Shown here piece after piece: positions 14,020-27,600 of a stretch of 64,000 nt of DNA. Every line of letters begins with the position of its first letter. Positions within the stretch are counted from its first letter, which is position 1. The position numbers and the translations under genes were made by a program. The notes beneath the pieces were generated by a model. That model worked only from the letters and a program-made list of their open reading frames with translations. It did no database searches and had not been told where the DNA came from. Source of the stretch: Auanema rhodensis (lineage: Eukaryota > Animalia > Nematoda); assembly GCA_964057225.1 (NCBI GenBank), contig CAXKVF010000088.1, forward strand, positions 149,864-213,863, given 5' to 3'.

Positions 14020-16884
14020 CTAATCGCTAAGGAAAAGTTGAAGATGTTTGCGAAATTTGGGAGCTTTTTCAAGACTCACAATGTTTGATGGTATTGAATT
14101 CCAGAGTTCTATGGCTCTGTACTCGATACCTCTTCTAGTTTGAGTCTTCTGGACGTTTGGAAAATCCACAGTCCATTCGTGACGCCTTAGTGAGTGTGTG
14201 AATTTTTTGAGCTTAAAAATTTTCAAAGTATTCTCTGAAATTGGTTGTTTTATTTGGTTAAAATAAAAAATTAAATCGAAAACTAGTCTTCTGAAAAATA
14301 ACTTTTGCCCCCCTAGCAAAGACAGTTGATCTTCATAGCTCATTTTAGATCCTGAGCGCATGAAAACTGCGCGCAGAAACTTTTTTTGAACATTTTCAAT
14401 CCGGTCTTTGTCTTTAGAATCTTGTGGGGACCAGATAATAGAAGCATATTCCAATATTGGTCTTATGTAAGTACAGAATAAGTTGTACATAAGAGAAGGC
14501 GATTTAGAGTAGAAACAACGTAAAATTATTTTACATTTTTTTGCTGCTTCACTTGTGATTTTGTTTATGTGGTTTGAGAAGGAGAGATTGTAATCTGTGA
14601 ATACTCCAAGATCTTTGTAACAATCTACTGAAGATAGGTTAAAGTTACCAAAAGTGAAAGCGAAGTTTTCAGGATTACTAATTGGTTTATTTGACATAAC
14701 CATTATTTTAGATTTAGAGATGTTAACGGCCATCCCGTTTGAGTCGCACCATAATTTTAATTGATCAAGGGCCCGCTGTAAACTAGTAGGGTTTTTGCTG
14801 TAGAGCTTCAAATCATCTGCATAGAGAATGGAGCTGACATCATTAGGAAAATCGGATGTTATGTCATTTATGTAAAATAAAAACAACAGAGGACCAAGAA
14901 CTGTACCTTGTGGTACACCACAAGTGAGTTGTTTAGGTGGTGATAAGGAATTATTGACCATAACTGAAAAAAACCTACCAGAGATGAAACTTTGGAGAAA
15001 GGAATGAAGTGGGCCTTGAATACCAATGGACTTGAGTTTTGAAAAAAGAGTAGAATGTTGTATAAGATCGAAGGCTTTTGAAAAGTCGATATAAGCTACA
15101 AAAACCGGAGTATTACAGTCCAATGATGATCTGAAAGAGATGTGGCTACTGAGAATTGCAGAAACAGTGCTTCTTTTAGGAAGGAAGGCGTGTTGATTTT
15201 GAGATATGGCACCATTGGAAATACCAAAATTAAGAAGTGGAGTACGTATTATACGTTCAAAGATTTTTGAGAGACTGGAAGTGAGTGAAATTGGGCGGTA
15301 GTTACTTGGATTTTCAGGTCGGCCCGTTTTGAAAATGGGACGAATCCAGGCTAACTTCCAATCAGGAGGACAAGTTGAGGTAACTAACAAATTGTGAAAA
15401 ATAAAAGCTAATGGATTAGCCAGAGTAAAAGCACATTGTTTAAGAAAGTAATATGGAATACCATCCGGAGATGTGGATACCCTGAGTGGAAGACTATGAA
15501 GAGTTTTGTAGACCAATTCAGGTGTTATATCCATGAAATCAATGGTATGACTGGAAGAAGAAGAGACGGAAACATGAGTGTTTTCCTGAGAGACAAGAGG
15601 AGAAAGAGGAGAAACCGTGAAAACCTCGGCAAATGCTGACACTTTATCAATATCTGAAGAAACTGACACATTGTTGACAGTGAGGTTTGGAATGTCAGAT
15701 GTTTTACCATTTAATCGGGCCTTACAAAAACGATAAAAAAGTTTGGAGTTTTTTAAGGCAGCAATACGCTCTTCCTCTAAAGCACAATTGATTTTTATTA
15801 GCTTGTCCAATTTTACTGAAAGATTTTTACGGCGAATCTCGTCAGATAGATATAAAGAGCAACTTAGCCTGTTAATTTGATTTCTGAGTTTTGCAATGTT
15901 ACGATCCGCTTTTTTATTTTTCCTCGGTTGTTTTTTAGGAACATAAATGTCAATGATTGAATGTAGAATAGAGATAAACTTTGAATACGATTGGAGTGGA
16001 GTAAGACCTGAAAGTTCAGAACAGAAGTCGATGTTGACCAGTTGCCTATTGATACGTTCATAATCAGCCAAAAGGAAATTGCGGTCTGATAACATGGAGA
16101 GAGATGTGGGTTCAGCACTATGTAAATCTTGTAGATGAAAATTTTCAGATTTTGAAAGTATATGAAAGGTGATGGAAAAATGATCCGAAGCCCCAAGTGG
16201 ACCAGATCGCTTGATATTGTTGACACAACGAACGTTATTTGTAATTATATAGTCAAGAATATTTTCACCTCTAGTAGGAAAATTTACTAGCTGGTTTAGA
16301 CAATTGTGATTGAGAAATTGGAGTAGAATTCTACTAGAAGGAGTAGGTTGAGAACATATACCAAGATCCCAGTTTATTTTAGGGAAATTAAGATCACCAG
16401 TGAGATAGAGAGACCGATTAACTAAATGATTTTGTAGATCACAAAGATAGTTTGAGAAATCTAAGCTAGATGATGATGGAGAACGGTAACAAACAGAAAA
16501 AATAGAATTGGAAGATGTGATGAGAATATTTATAAACTGTATGGTAGATGAATTACAAGAGCAGGAAAGAAGACGAAAAGTAATATGTTTTTTGATGAAA
16601 AGTAGTACACCACCACCCCGTGATGAACATCTATCAGCCCTGAGGATATTATAGATGTCACCTAACGGAAGAAGATTAGTGTTAAATTGGGGGTAAAGCC
16701 AGGACTCTGATATAGCAATTATATCAGGAGAATTGGGAGAGATGATAACTGGGAGAAGATGAAGTTTGTTGAGAATTGAGCGTGCATTGTAACGGTGAAC
16801 AGAAGTGTAAGTGTGGTTAGAGACGAGAACAGGTGTTGACGATAACATTGGATCAACGAAAGGACCCGTTATTGGACAAAACAA
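14020..16884 (-). CDS. ORF2: apurinic-like endonuclease + reverse transcriptase, intact
   Basis: EN motifs NARS, ISESWL, YRSP, GDLN, LDY, SDH; RT motifs YRPISL, DFSKAFD, GVPQGTVLGP, YADD. Frame is open from 16908; the track start is a TTG and the first ATG is at 16848; true entry may be by frameshift near 16860. Confidence 0.96.
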   Translation of the reverse strand: MFCPITGPFVDPMLSSTPVLVSNHTYTSVHRYNARSILNKLHLLPVIISPNSPDIIAISESWLYPQFNTNLLPLGDIYNILRADRCSSRGGGVLLFIKKHITFRLLSCSCNSSTIQFINILITSSNSIFSVCYRSPSSSSLDFSNYLCDLQNHLVNRSLYLTGDLNFPKINWDLGICSQPTPSSRILLQFLNHNCLNQLVNFPTRGENILDYIITNNVRCVNNIKRSGPLGASDHFSITFHILSKSENFHLQDLHSAEPTSLSMLSDRNFLLADYERINRQLVNIDFCSELSGLTPLQSYSKFISILHSIIDIYVPKKQPRKNKKADRNIAKLRNQINRLSCSLYLSDEIRRKNLSVKLDKLIKINCALEEERIAALKNSKLFYRFCKARLNGKTSDIPNLTVNNVSVSSDIDKVSAFAEVFTVSPLSPLVSQENTHVSVSSSSSHTIDFMDITPELVYKTLHSLPLRVSTSPDGIPYYFLKQCAFTLANPLAFIFHNLLVTSTCPPDWKLAWIRPIFKTGRPENPSNYRPISLTSSLSKIFERIIRTPLLNFGISNGAISQNQHAFLPKRSTVSAILSSHISFRSSLDCNTPVFVAYIDFSKAFDLIQHSTLFSKLKSIGIQGPLHSFLQSFISGRFFSVMVNNSLSPPKQLTCGVPQGTVLGPLLFLFYINDITSDFPNDVSSILYADDLKLYSKNPTSLQRALDQLKLWCDSNGMAVNISKSKIMVMSNKPISNPENFAFTFGNFNLSSVDCYKDLGVFTDYNLSFSNHINKITSEAAKKCKIILRCFYSKSPSLMYNLFCTYIRPILEYASIIWSPQDSKDKDRIENVQKKFLRAVFMRSGSKMSYEDQLSLLGGQKLFFRRLVFDLIFYFNQIKQPISENTLKIFKLKKFTHSLRRHEWTVDFPNVQKTQTRRGIEYRAIELWNSIPSNIVSLEKAPKFRKHLQLFLSD
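16853..16864 (-). promoter_or_regulatory. Putative +1 ribosomal frameshift site TCC_TTT_CGT_TGA
   Basis: Last three ORF1 codons plus stop; ORF2 overlaps in the +1 frame; same motif in element 2. Confidence 0.75.
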
Positions 16885-17922
16885 CAGAAGATGATGCAGA
16901 AGGACTACTCATAGATCTGGTATTAGGTCCAGTTGGTTTAACTACCCGAGGCGGATTTTTTCTCCTTCTTGGGCTTATTGAATGATTTTTATCTGTTGGT
17001 ACAGACACCTGCCTATTGTTAGACCGACTGGGTCTACCAGATTTACGAGGGGGGCTGGAGATGAGAGAAGAAATTGGTTTTAAGATTGAACTGCAAACGG
17101 CATCAACTACTGAAGGGGTTTCAGCTGGTTGAGTGTCCACAGTGACAGAGAGAGTGTTGATGGCATGCGAAGTAACATTGGTAGATTTACGGGGGACTTC
17201 AATAATTTTGAGATCCCGTACAAGAAAAGTCTTTTCAGTGTTATTTTCATTCTTGATTTTTGCTTCTTTTCGCAAGTTTTTCTCCAGTTCAATTTCGAAG
17301 GGGAGATAATCTCGTCGCAAAAACGTTTTTGAGAGGAAATCGAAGCATTTTGATTTATTGAATTTAATAACTTGAATAATCTTGTCACGTAAATCTACCG
17401 ATGGACACGTAATTATGAGAGGGCCAGGGGAATTAGATTTGAGAGTTGAACGTGCAATAGTAATTTGATTGCTATCGATCAAAGAAGACAAAGTGGTGTC
17501 CTGAGATTTCTCGATAATAAGATAATAAGTTTTAGTAACAACAGAGGTTCAGTTGGAAATTCTGTTGACTTTAATGGCACTCGAAACCAAAGGGCTCTTT
17601 TGGCACGGTAGAGGTACTTTGTCTCCTCTGATCGTAATTTTTGAAAATGACATGCTACATTGAGTGGGGAAAAAGTTGGAACACAGGTAGAATTAGTGTT
17701 GCTAGTGGTTTGAAATGAGTTAAAAGTTTGCTCTAACTTATCTAAGCGGGATTTGAAATCCGTTTCGATAGTTTTTAAGCGAGCCTCGTGCGACGTGATA
17801 CTAATTTTCATACAGTTAAGCTCATTTTTTATATCATTTGACAATTTTGAAAAAGAGTTCTCGAGAGACTTTGAGAAATTTTGAAGAGCATTTGTAAGAA
17901 AATCATTAGTCACGAAAGACAT
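16853..17922 (-). pseudogene. ORF1 (coiled coil + RRM/CTD-like + basic Ser/Pro tail), frameshifted by an 8-bp duplication
   Basis: Starts MSFVTNDFL at ATG 17922; removing one copy of GATAATAA (17513-17528) joins the 165-aa and 212-aa track ORFs into one 353-aa frame; the C-terminal part is homologous to element 2 ORF1. Confidence 0.85.
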
Positions 17923-18118
17923 ATTGAAAAACGAGGGAGTAAAAGAAGGGAAGTAAGAAAGAATAAGAATAAACACTGAAGTGGAAAATAAAAAAGAAAC
18001 AAATACGAGAGAAAGGAAATAATGATAAAACTAAAATGCGATACGAAAGAGAGCGCACCTTGACAAAGCCAGTCCGACGAAAATTTCCTTGACAGAAACG
18101 GATCCGGATCCAAACAGC

Positions 18119-18647
18119 GGAAGTCAACTGACGAGTGGGAGGTCAACTGACGAGTGAGGAGGTCAACTGACGAGTGGGAGGTCAACTGACGAGTGTGGAG
18201 GTCAACTGACGAGTGGGAGGTCAACTGACGAGTGGGGAGGTCAACTGACGAGTGGGAGGTCAACTGACGAGTGAGGAGGTCAACTGACGAGTGGGAGGTC
18301 AACTGACGAGTGAGGAGGTCAACTGACGAGTGAGAGGTCAACTGACGAGTGGGGAGGTCAACTGACGAGTGGGGAGGTCAACTGACGAGTGGGGAGGTCA
18401 ACTGACGAGTGGGGAGGTCAACTGACGAGTGGGAGGTCAACTGACGAGTGGGAGGTCAACTGACGAGTGAGGAGGTCAACTGACGAGTGGGAGGTCAACT
18501 GACGAGTGGGAGGTCAACTGACGAGTGAGGACGTCAACTGACGAGTGAGGAGGTCAACTGACGAGTGAGGAGGTCAACTGACGAGTGAGGAGGTCAACTG
18601 ACGAGTGAGGAGGTCAACTGACGAGTGAGGAGGTCAACTGACGAGTG
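18119..18647. repeat. 27 x 19-20-bp tandem repeat at the 5' end of element 1
   Basis: Invariant core GTCAACTGACGAGTG joined by variable linkers GGAG, AGGAG, GGGAG, TGGAG, AGAG, AGGAC. Confidence 0.97.
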
Positions 18648-18676
18648 TTCACGTAAATTTCAAAATTTTAAATTTC
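18648..18676. other. Junction filler copied from adjacent satellite sequence
   Basis: TTCACGTAAATTTCAAA-ATTT-TAAATTTC repeats pieces of the target at 18686-18702. Confidence 0.85.
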
Positions 18677-21600
18677 AAATTAAAGTTCACGTAAATTTCA
18701 AAGTCATGGTTACCATGAAGCAATATCAATAAAAATTTGTTTTTAGACTAATATGGACATGGGGAATCTAATTTTGAAAACCGCATCTCTTTATCTTTTA
18801 CGTGAAGCGAGTTACATACCAAGTGCACATCACGTGTACATTTAATTAGCATAAATTAAAGTTCACGTAAATTTCAAAGTCATGGTTACCATGAACCAAT
18901 ATCAATAAAAATTTGTTTTTAGACTAATATGGACATGGGGAATCTAATTTTGAAAACCGCATCTCTTTATCTTTCACGTGAAGCGAGTTACATACCAAGT
19001 GCACATCACGTGTACATTTAATTAGCATAAATTAAAGTTCACGTAAATTTCAAAGTCATGGTTACCATGAAGCAATATCAATAAAAATTTGTTTTTAGAC
19101 TAATATGGACATGTGGAATCTAATTTTGAAAACCGCATCTCTTTATCTTTCACGTGAAGCGAGTTACATACCAAGTGCACATCACGTGTACATTTAATTA
19201 GCATAAATTAAAGTTCACGTAAAATTCAAAGTCATGGTTACCATGAACCAATATCAATAAAAATTTGTTTTTAGACTAATATGGACATGGGGAATCTAAT
19301 TTTGAAAACCGCATCTCTTTATCTTTCACGTGAAGCGAGTTACATACCAAGTGCACATCACGTGTACATTTAATTAGCATAAATTAAAGTTCACGTAAAT
19401 TTCAAAGTCATGGTTACCATGAACCAATATCAACAAAAATTTGTTTTTAGACTAATATGGACATGGGGAATCTAATTTTGGAAACCGCATCTCTTTATCT
19501 TTCACGTGAAGCGAGTTACATACCAAGTGCACATCACGTGTACATTTAATTAGCATAAATTAAAGTTCACGTAAATTTCAAAGTCATGGTTACCATGCAC
19601 CAATATCAATAAAAATTTGTTTTTAGACTAATATGGACATGGGGAATCTAATTTTGAAAACCGCATCTCTTTATCTTTTACGTGAAGCGAGTTACATACC
19701 AAGTGCACATCACGTGTACATTTAATTAGCATAAATTAAAGTTCACGTAAATTTCAAAGTCATGGTTACCATGAAGCAATATCAATAAAAATTTGTTTTT
19801 AGACTAATATGGACATGGGGAATCTAATTTTGAAAACCGCATCTCTTTATCTTTCACGTGAAGCGAGTTACATACCAAGTGCACATCACGTGTACATTTA
19901 ATTAGCATAAATTAAAGTTCACGTAAATTTCAAAGTCATGGTTACCATGAACCAATATCAATAAAAATTTGTTTTTAGACTAATATGGACATGGGGAATC
20001 TAATTTTGAAAACCGCATCTCTTTATCTTTCACGTGAAGCGAGTTACATACCAAGTGCACATCACGTGTACATTTAATTAGCATAAATTAAAGTTCACGT
20101 AAATTTCAAAGTCATGGTTACCATGCACCAATATCAATAAAAATTTGTTTTTAGACTAATATGGACATGGGGAATCTAATTTTGAAAACCGCATCTCTTT
20201 ATCTTTCACGTGAAGCGAGTTACATACCAAGTGCACATCACGTGTACATTTAATTAGCATAAATTAAAGTTCACGTAAATTTCAAAGTCATGGTTACCAT
20301 GCACCAATATCAATAAAAATTTGTTTTTAGACTAATATGGACATGGGGAATCTAATTTTGAAAACCGCATCTCTTTATCTTTCACGTGAAGCGAGTTACA
20401 TACCAAGTGCACATCACGTGTACATTTAATTAGCATAAATTAAAGTTCACGTAAATTTCAAAGTCATGGTTACCATGAACCAATATCAATAAAAATTTGT
20501 TTTTAGACTAATATGGACATGGGGAATCTAATTTTGAAAACCGCATCTCTTTATCTTTCACGTGAAGCGAGTTACATACCAAGTGCACATCACGTGTACA
20601 TTTAATTAGCATAAATTAAAGTTCACGTAAATTTCAAAGTCATGGTTACCATGCACCAATATCAATAAAAATTTGTTTTTAGACTAATATGGACATGGGG
20701 AATCTAATTTTGAAAACCGCATCTCTTTATCTTTCACGTGAAGCGAGTTACATACCAAGTGCACATCACGTGTACATTTAATTAGCATAAATTAAAGTTC
20801 ACGTAAATTTCAAAGTCATGGTTACCATGAAGCAATATCAATAAAAATTTGTTTTTAGACTAATATGGACATGGGGAATCTAATTTTGAAAACCGCATCT
20901 CTTTATCTTTCACGTGAAGCGAGTTACATACCAAGTGCACATCACGTGTACATTTAATTAGCATAAATTAAAGTTCACGTAAATTTCAAAGTCATGGTTA
21001 CCATGCACCAATATCAATAAAAATTTGTTTTTAGACTAATATGGACATGGGGAATCTAATTTTGAAAACCGCATCTCTTTATCTTTCACGTGAAGCGAGT
21101 TACATACCAAGTGCACATCACGTGTACATTTAATTAGCATAAATTAAAGTTCACGTAAATTTCAAAGTCATGGTTACCATGCACCAATATCAATAAAAAT
21201 TTGTTTTTAGACTAATATGGACATGGGGAATCTAATTTTGAAAACCGCATCTCTTTATCTTTCACGTGAAGCGAGTTACATACCAAGTGCACATCACGTG
21301 TACATTTAATTAGCATAAATTAAAGTTCACGTAAATTTCAAAGTCATGGTTACCATGAAGCAATATCAATAAAAATTTGTTTTTAGACTAATATGGACAT
21401 GTGGAATCTAATTTTGAAAACCGCATCTCTTTATCTTTCACGTGAAGCGAGTTACATACCAAGTGCACATCACGTGTACATTTAATTAGCATAAATTAAA
21501 GTTCACGTAAAATTCAAAGTCATGGTTACCATGAACCAATATCAATAAAAATTTGTTTTTAGACTAATATGGACATGGGGAATCTAATTTTGAAAACCGC

Positions 21601-24600
21601 ATCTCTTTATCTTTCACGTGAAGCGAGTTACATACCAAGTGCACATCACGTGTACATTTAATTAGCATAAATTAAAGTTCACGTAAATTTCAAAGTCATG
21701 GTTACCATGAACCAATATCAATAAAAATTTGTTTTTAGACTAATATGGACATGGGGAATCTAATTTTGAAAACCGCATCTCTTTATCTTTTACGTGAAGC
21801 GAGTTACATACCAAGTGCACATCACGTGTACATTTAATTAGCATAAATTAAAGTTCACGTAAATTTCAAAGTCATGGTTACCATGCACCAATATCAATAA
21901 AAATTTGTTTTTAGACTAATATGGACATGGGGAATCTAATTTTGAAAACCGCATCTCTTTATCTTTCACGTGAAGGGAGTTACATACCAAGTGCACATCA
22001 CGTGTACATTTAATTAGCATAAATTAAAGTTCACGTAAATTTCAAAGTCATGGTTACCATGAAGCAATATCAATAAAAATTTGTTTTTAGACTAATATGG
22101 ACATGGGGAATCTAATTTTGAAAACCGCATCTCTTTATCTTTCACGTGAAGGGAGTTACATACCAAGTGCACATCACGTGTACATTTAATTAGCATAAAT
22201 TAAAGTTCACGTAAATTTCAAAGTCATGGTTACCATGAACCAATATCAATAAAAATTTGTTTTTAGACTAATATGGACATGGGGAATCTAATTTTGAAAA
22301 CCGCATCTCTTTATCTTTCACGTGAAGCGAGTTACATACCAAGTGCACATCACGTGTACATTTAATTAGCATAAATTAAAGTTCACGTAAATTTCAAAGT
22401 CATGGTTACCATGCACCAATATCAATAAAAATTTGTTTTTAGACTAATATGGACATGGGGAATCTAATTTTGAAAACCGCATCTCTTTATCTTTCACGTG
22501 AAGCGAGTTACATACCAAGTGCACATCACGTGTACATTTAATTAGCATAAATTAAAGTTCACGTAAATTTCAAAGTCATGGTTACCATGAAGCAATATCA
22601 ATAAAAATTTGTTTTTAGACTAATATGGAAATGGGGAATCTAATTTTGAAAACCGCATCTCTTTATCTTTCACGTGAAGCGAGTTACATACCAAGTGCAC
22701 ATCACGTGTACATTTAATTAGCATAAATTAAAGTTCACGTAAATTTCAAAGTCATGGTTACCATGAACCAATATCAATAAAAATTTGTTTTTAGACTAAT
22801 ATGGACATGGGGAATCTAATTTTGAAAACCGCATCTCTTTATCTTTCACGTGAAGCGAGTTACATACCAAGTGCACATCACGTGTACATTTAATTAGCAT
22901 AAATTAAAGTTCACGTAAAATTCAAAGTCATGGTTACCATGCACCAATATCAATAAAAATTTGTTTTTAGACTAATATGGACATGGGGAATCTAATTTTG
23001 AAAACCGCATCTCTTTATCTTTTACGTGAAGCGAGTTACATACCAAGTGCACATCACGTGTACATTTAATTAGCATAAATTAAAGTTCACGTAAATTTCA
23101 AAGTCATGGTTACCATGCACCAATATCAATAAAAATTTGTTTTTAGACTAATATGGACATGGGGAATCTAATTTTGAAAACCGCATCTCTTTATCTTTCA
23201 CGTGAAGCGAGTTACATACCAAGTGCACATCACGTGTACATTTAATTAGCATAAATTAAAGTTCACGTAAATTTCAAAGTCATGGTTACCATGAACCAAT
23301 ATCAATAAAAATTTGTTTTTAGACTAATATGGACATGGGGAATCTAATTTTGAAAACCGCATCTCTTTATCTTTCACGTGAAGCGAGTTACATACCAAGT
23401 GCACATCACGTGTACATTTAATTAGCATAAATTAAAGTTCACGTAAATTTCAAAGTCATGGTTACCATGAACCAATATCAATAAAAATTTGTTTTTAGAC
23501 TAATATGGACATGGGGAATCTAATTTTGAAAACCGCATCTCTTTATCTTTCACGTGAAGCGAGTTACATACCAAGTGCACATCACGTGTACATTTAATTA
23601 GCATAAATTAAAGTTCACGTAAATTTCAAAGTCATGGTTACCATGCACCAATATCAATAAAAATTTGTTTTTAGACTAATATGGACATGGGGAATCTAAT
23701 TTTGAAAACCGCATCTCTTTATCTTTCACGTGAAGCGAGTTACATACCAAGTGCACATCACGTGTACATTTAATTAGCATAAATTAAAGTTCACGTAAAT
23801 TTCAAAGTCATGGTTACCATGCACCAATATCAATAAAAATTTGTTTTTAGACTAATATGGACATGGGGAATCTAATTTTGAAAACCGCATCTCTTTATCT
23901 TTCACGTGAAGCGAGTTACATACCAAGTGCACATCACGTGTACATTTAATTAGCATAAATTAAAGTTCACGTAAATTTCAAAGTCATGGTTACCATGCAC
24001 CAATATCAATAAAAATTTGTTTTTAGACTAATATGGACATGGGGAATCTAATTTTGAAAACCGCATCTCTTTATCTTTCACGTGAAGCGAGTTACATACC
24101 AAGTGCACATCACGTGTACATTTAATTAGCATAAATTAAAGTTCACGTAAATTTCAAAGTCATGGTTACCATGCACCAATATCAATAAAAATTTGTTTTT
24201 AGACTAATATGGACATGGGGAATCTAATTTTGAAAACCGCATCTCTTTATCTTTTACGTGAAGCGAGTTACATACCAAGTGCACATCACGTGTACATTTA
24301 ATTAGCATAAATTAAAGTTCACGTAAATTTCAAAGTCATGGTTACCATGAAGCAATATCAATAAAAATTTGTTTTTAGACTAATATGGACATGGGGAATC
24401 TAATTTTGAAAACCGCATCTCTTTATCTTTCACGTGAAGCGAGTTACATACCAAGTGCACATCACGTGTACATTTAATTAGCATAAATTAAAGTTCACGT
24501 AAATTTCAAAGTCATGGTTACCATGCACCAATATCAATAAAAATTTGTTTTTAGACTAATATGGACATGGGGAATCTAATTTTGAAAACCGCATCTCTTT

Positions 24601-27600
24601 ATCTTTCACGTGAAGCGAGTTACATACCAAGTGCACATCACGTGTACATTTAATTAGCATAAATTAAAGTTCACGTAAATTTCAAAGTCATGGTTACCAT
24701 GCACCAATATCAATAAAAATTTGTTTTTAGACTAATATGGACATGGGGAATCTAATTTTGAAAACCGCATCTCTTTATCTTTCACGTGAAGCGAGTTACA
24801 TACCAAGTGCACATCACGTGTACATTTAATTAGCATAAATTAAAGTTCACGTAAATTTCAAAGTCATGGTTACCATGAACCAATATCAATAAAAATTTGT
24901 TTTTAGACTAATATGGACATGGGGAATCTAATTTTGAAAACCGCATCTCTTTATCTTTCACGTGAAGCGAGTTACATACCAAGTGCACATCACGTGTACA
25001 TTTAATTAGCATAAATTAAAGTTCACGTAAATTTCAAAGTCATGGTTACCATGCACCAATATCAATAAAAATTTGTTTTTAGACTAATATGGACATGGGG
25101 AATCTAATTTTGAAAACCGCATCTCTTTATCTTTCACGTGAAGCGAGTTACATACCAAGTGCACATCACGTGTACATTTAATTAGCATAAATTAAAGTTC
25201 ACGTAAATTTCAAAGTCATGGTTACCATGCACCAATATCAATAAAAATTTGTTTTTAGACTAATATGGACATGGGGAATCTAATTTTGAAAACCGCATCT
25301 CTTTATCTTTCACGTGAAGCGAGTTACATACCAAGTGCACATCACGTGTACATTTAATTAGCATAAATTAAAGTTCACGTAAATTTCAAAGTCATGGTTA
25401 CCATGAAGCAATATCAATAAAAATTTGTTTTTAGACTAATATGGACATGGGGAATCTAATTTTGAAAACCGCATCTCTTTATCTTTCACGTGAAGCGAGT
25501 TACATACCAAGTGCACATCACGTGTACATTTAATTAGCATAAATTAAAGTTCACGTAAATTTCAAAGTCATGGTTACCATGAACCAATATCAATAAAAAT
25601 TTGTTTTTAGACTAATATGGACATGGGGAATCTAATTTTGAAAACCGCATCTCTTTATCTTTCACGTGAAGCGAGTTACATACCAAGTGCACATCACGTG
25701 TACATTTAATTAGCATAAATTAAAGTTCACGTAAATTTCAAAGTCATGGTTACCATGAAGCAATATCAATAAAAATTTGTTTTTAGACTAATATGGACAT
25801 GGGGAATCTAATTTTGAAAACCGCATCTCTTTATCTTTCACGTGAAGCGAGTTACATACCAAGTGCACATCACGTGTACATTTAATTAGCATAAATTAAA
25901 GTTCACGTAAATTTCAAAGTCATGGTTACCATGAACCAATATCAATAAAAATTTGTTTTTAGACTAATATGGACATGGGGAATCTAATTTTGAAAACCGC
26001 ATCTCTTTATCTTTCACGTGAAGCGAGTTACATACCAAGTGCACATCACGTGTACATTTAATTAGCATAAATTAAAGTTCACGTAAATTTCAAAGTCATG
26101 GTTACCATGCACCAATATCAATAAAAATTTGTTTTTAGACTAATATGGACATGGGGAATCTAATTTTGAAAACCGCATCTCTTTATCTTTCACGTGAAGC
26201 GAGTTACATACCAAGTGCACATCACGTGTACATTTAATTAGCATAAATTAAAGTTCACGTAAATTTCAAAGTCATGGTTACCATGAACCAATATCAATAA
26301 AAATTTGTTTTTAGACTAATATGGACATGGGGAATCTAATTTTGAAAACCGCATCTCTTTATCTTTCACGTGAAGCGAGTTACATACCAAGTGCACATCA
26401 CGTGTACATTTAATCAGCATAAATTAAAGTTCACGTAAATTTCAAAGTCATGGTTACCATGCACCAATATCAATAACAATTTGTTTTTAGACTAATATGG
26501 ACATGGGGAATCTAATTTTGAAAACCGCATCTCTTTATCTTTCACGTGAAGCGAGTTACATACCAAGTGCACATCACGTGTACATTTAATTAGCATAAAT
26601 TAAAGTTCACGTAAATTTCAAAGTCATGGTTACCATGCACCAATATCAATAAAAATTTGTTTTTAGACTAATATGGACATGGGGAATCTAATTTTGAAAA
26701 CCGCATCTCTTTATCTTTCACGTGAAGCGAGTTACATACCAAGTGCACATCACGTGTACATTTAATTAGCATAAATTAAAGTTCACGTAAATTTCAAAGT
26801 CATGGTTACCATGAAGCAATATCAATAAAAATTTGTTTTTAGACTAATATGGACATGGGGAATCTAATTTTGAAAACCGCATCTCTTTATCTTTTACGTG
26901 AAGCGAGTTACATACCAAGTGCACATCACGTGTACATTTAATTAGCATAAATTAAAGTTCACGTAAATTTCAAAGTCATGGTTACCATGCACCAATATCA
27001 ATAAAAATTTGTTTTTAGACTAATATGGACATGGGGAATCTAATTTTGAAAACCGCATCTCTTTATCTTTCACGTGAAGCGAGTTACATACCAAGTGCAC
27101 ATCACGTGTACATTTAATTAGCATAAATTAAAGTTCACGTAAATTTCAAAGTCATGGTTACCATGAACCAATATCAATAAAAATTTGTTTTTAGACTAAT
27201 ATGGACATGGGGAATCTAATTTTGAAAACCGCATCTCTTTATCTTTCACGTGAAGCGAGTTACATACCAAGTGCACATCACGTGTACATTTAATTAGCAT
27301 AAATTAAAGTTCACGTAAATTTCAAAGTCATGGTTACCATGCACCAATATCAATAAAAATTTGTTTTTAGACTAATATGGAAATGGGGAATCTAATTTTG
27401 AAAACCGCATCTCTTTATCTTTCACGTGAAGCGAGTTACATACCAAGTGCACATCACGTGTACATTTAATTAGCATAAATTAAAGTTCACGTAAATTTCA
27501 AAGTCATGGTTACCATGAAGCAATATCAATAAAAATTTGTTTTTAGACTAATATGGACATGGGGAATCTAATTTTGAAAACCGCATCTCTTTATCTTTCA

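Larger units (their letters stand above)
13479..18647 (-). mobile_element. Non-LTR retrotransposon (LINE, CR1-like group), near full length, element 1
   Basis: 5' UTR, ORF1, ORF2 (APE+RT) and ~540-nt 3' UTR between in-phase satellite flanks; candidate TSD AAATTA (13473-13478 / 18677-18682). Clade call rests on domain order, no RNase H or zinc knuckle seen, and C-terminal YIRPILEYASIIWSP...WNSIP motifs. Confidence 0.95.

Noticed and set aside
18100-18111. Perfect palindrome GGATCCGGATCC in the 5' UTR
   Set aside because: Present, but there is no second copy for comparison and no evidence of function
18119-18647. Hammerhead ribozyme array (CTGACGAG core and GTC in every unit)
   Set aside because: No GAAA core or stems II/III in the units, and the motif is antisense to the element
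18119-18647. CRISPR array or coding repeat (143-aa ORF at 17910-18341)
   Set aside because: No unique spacers or cas genes; the ORF is a chance reading of alternating 19/20-bp units with no ATG start
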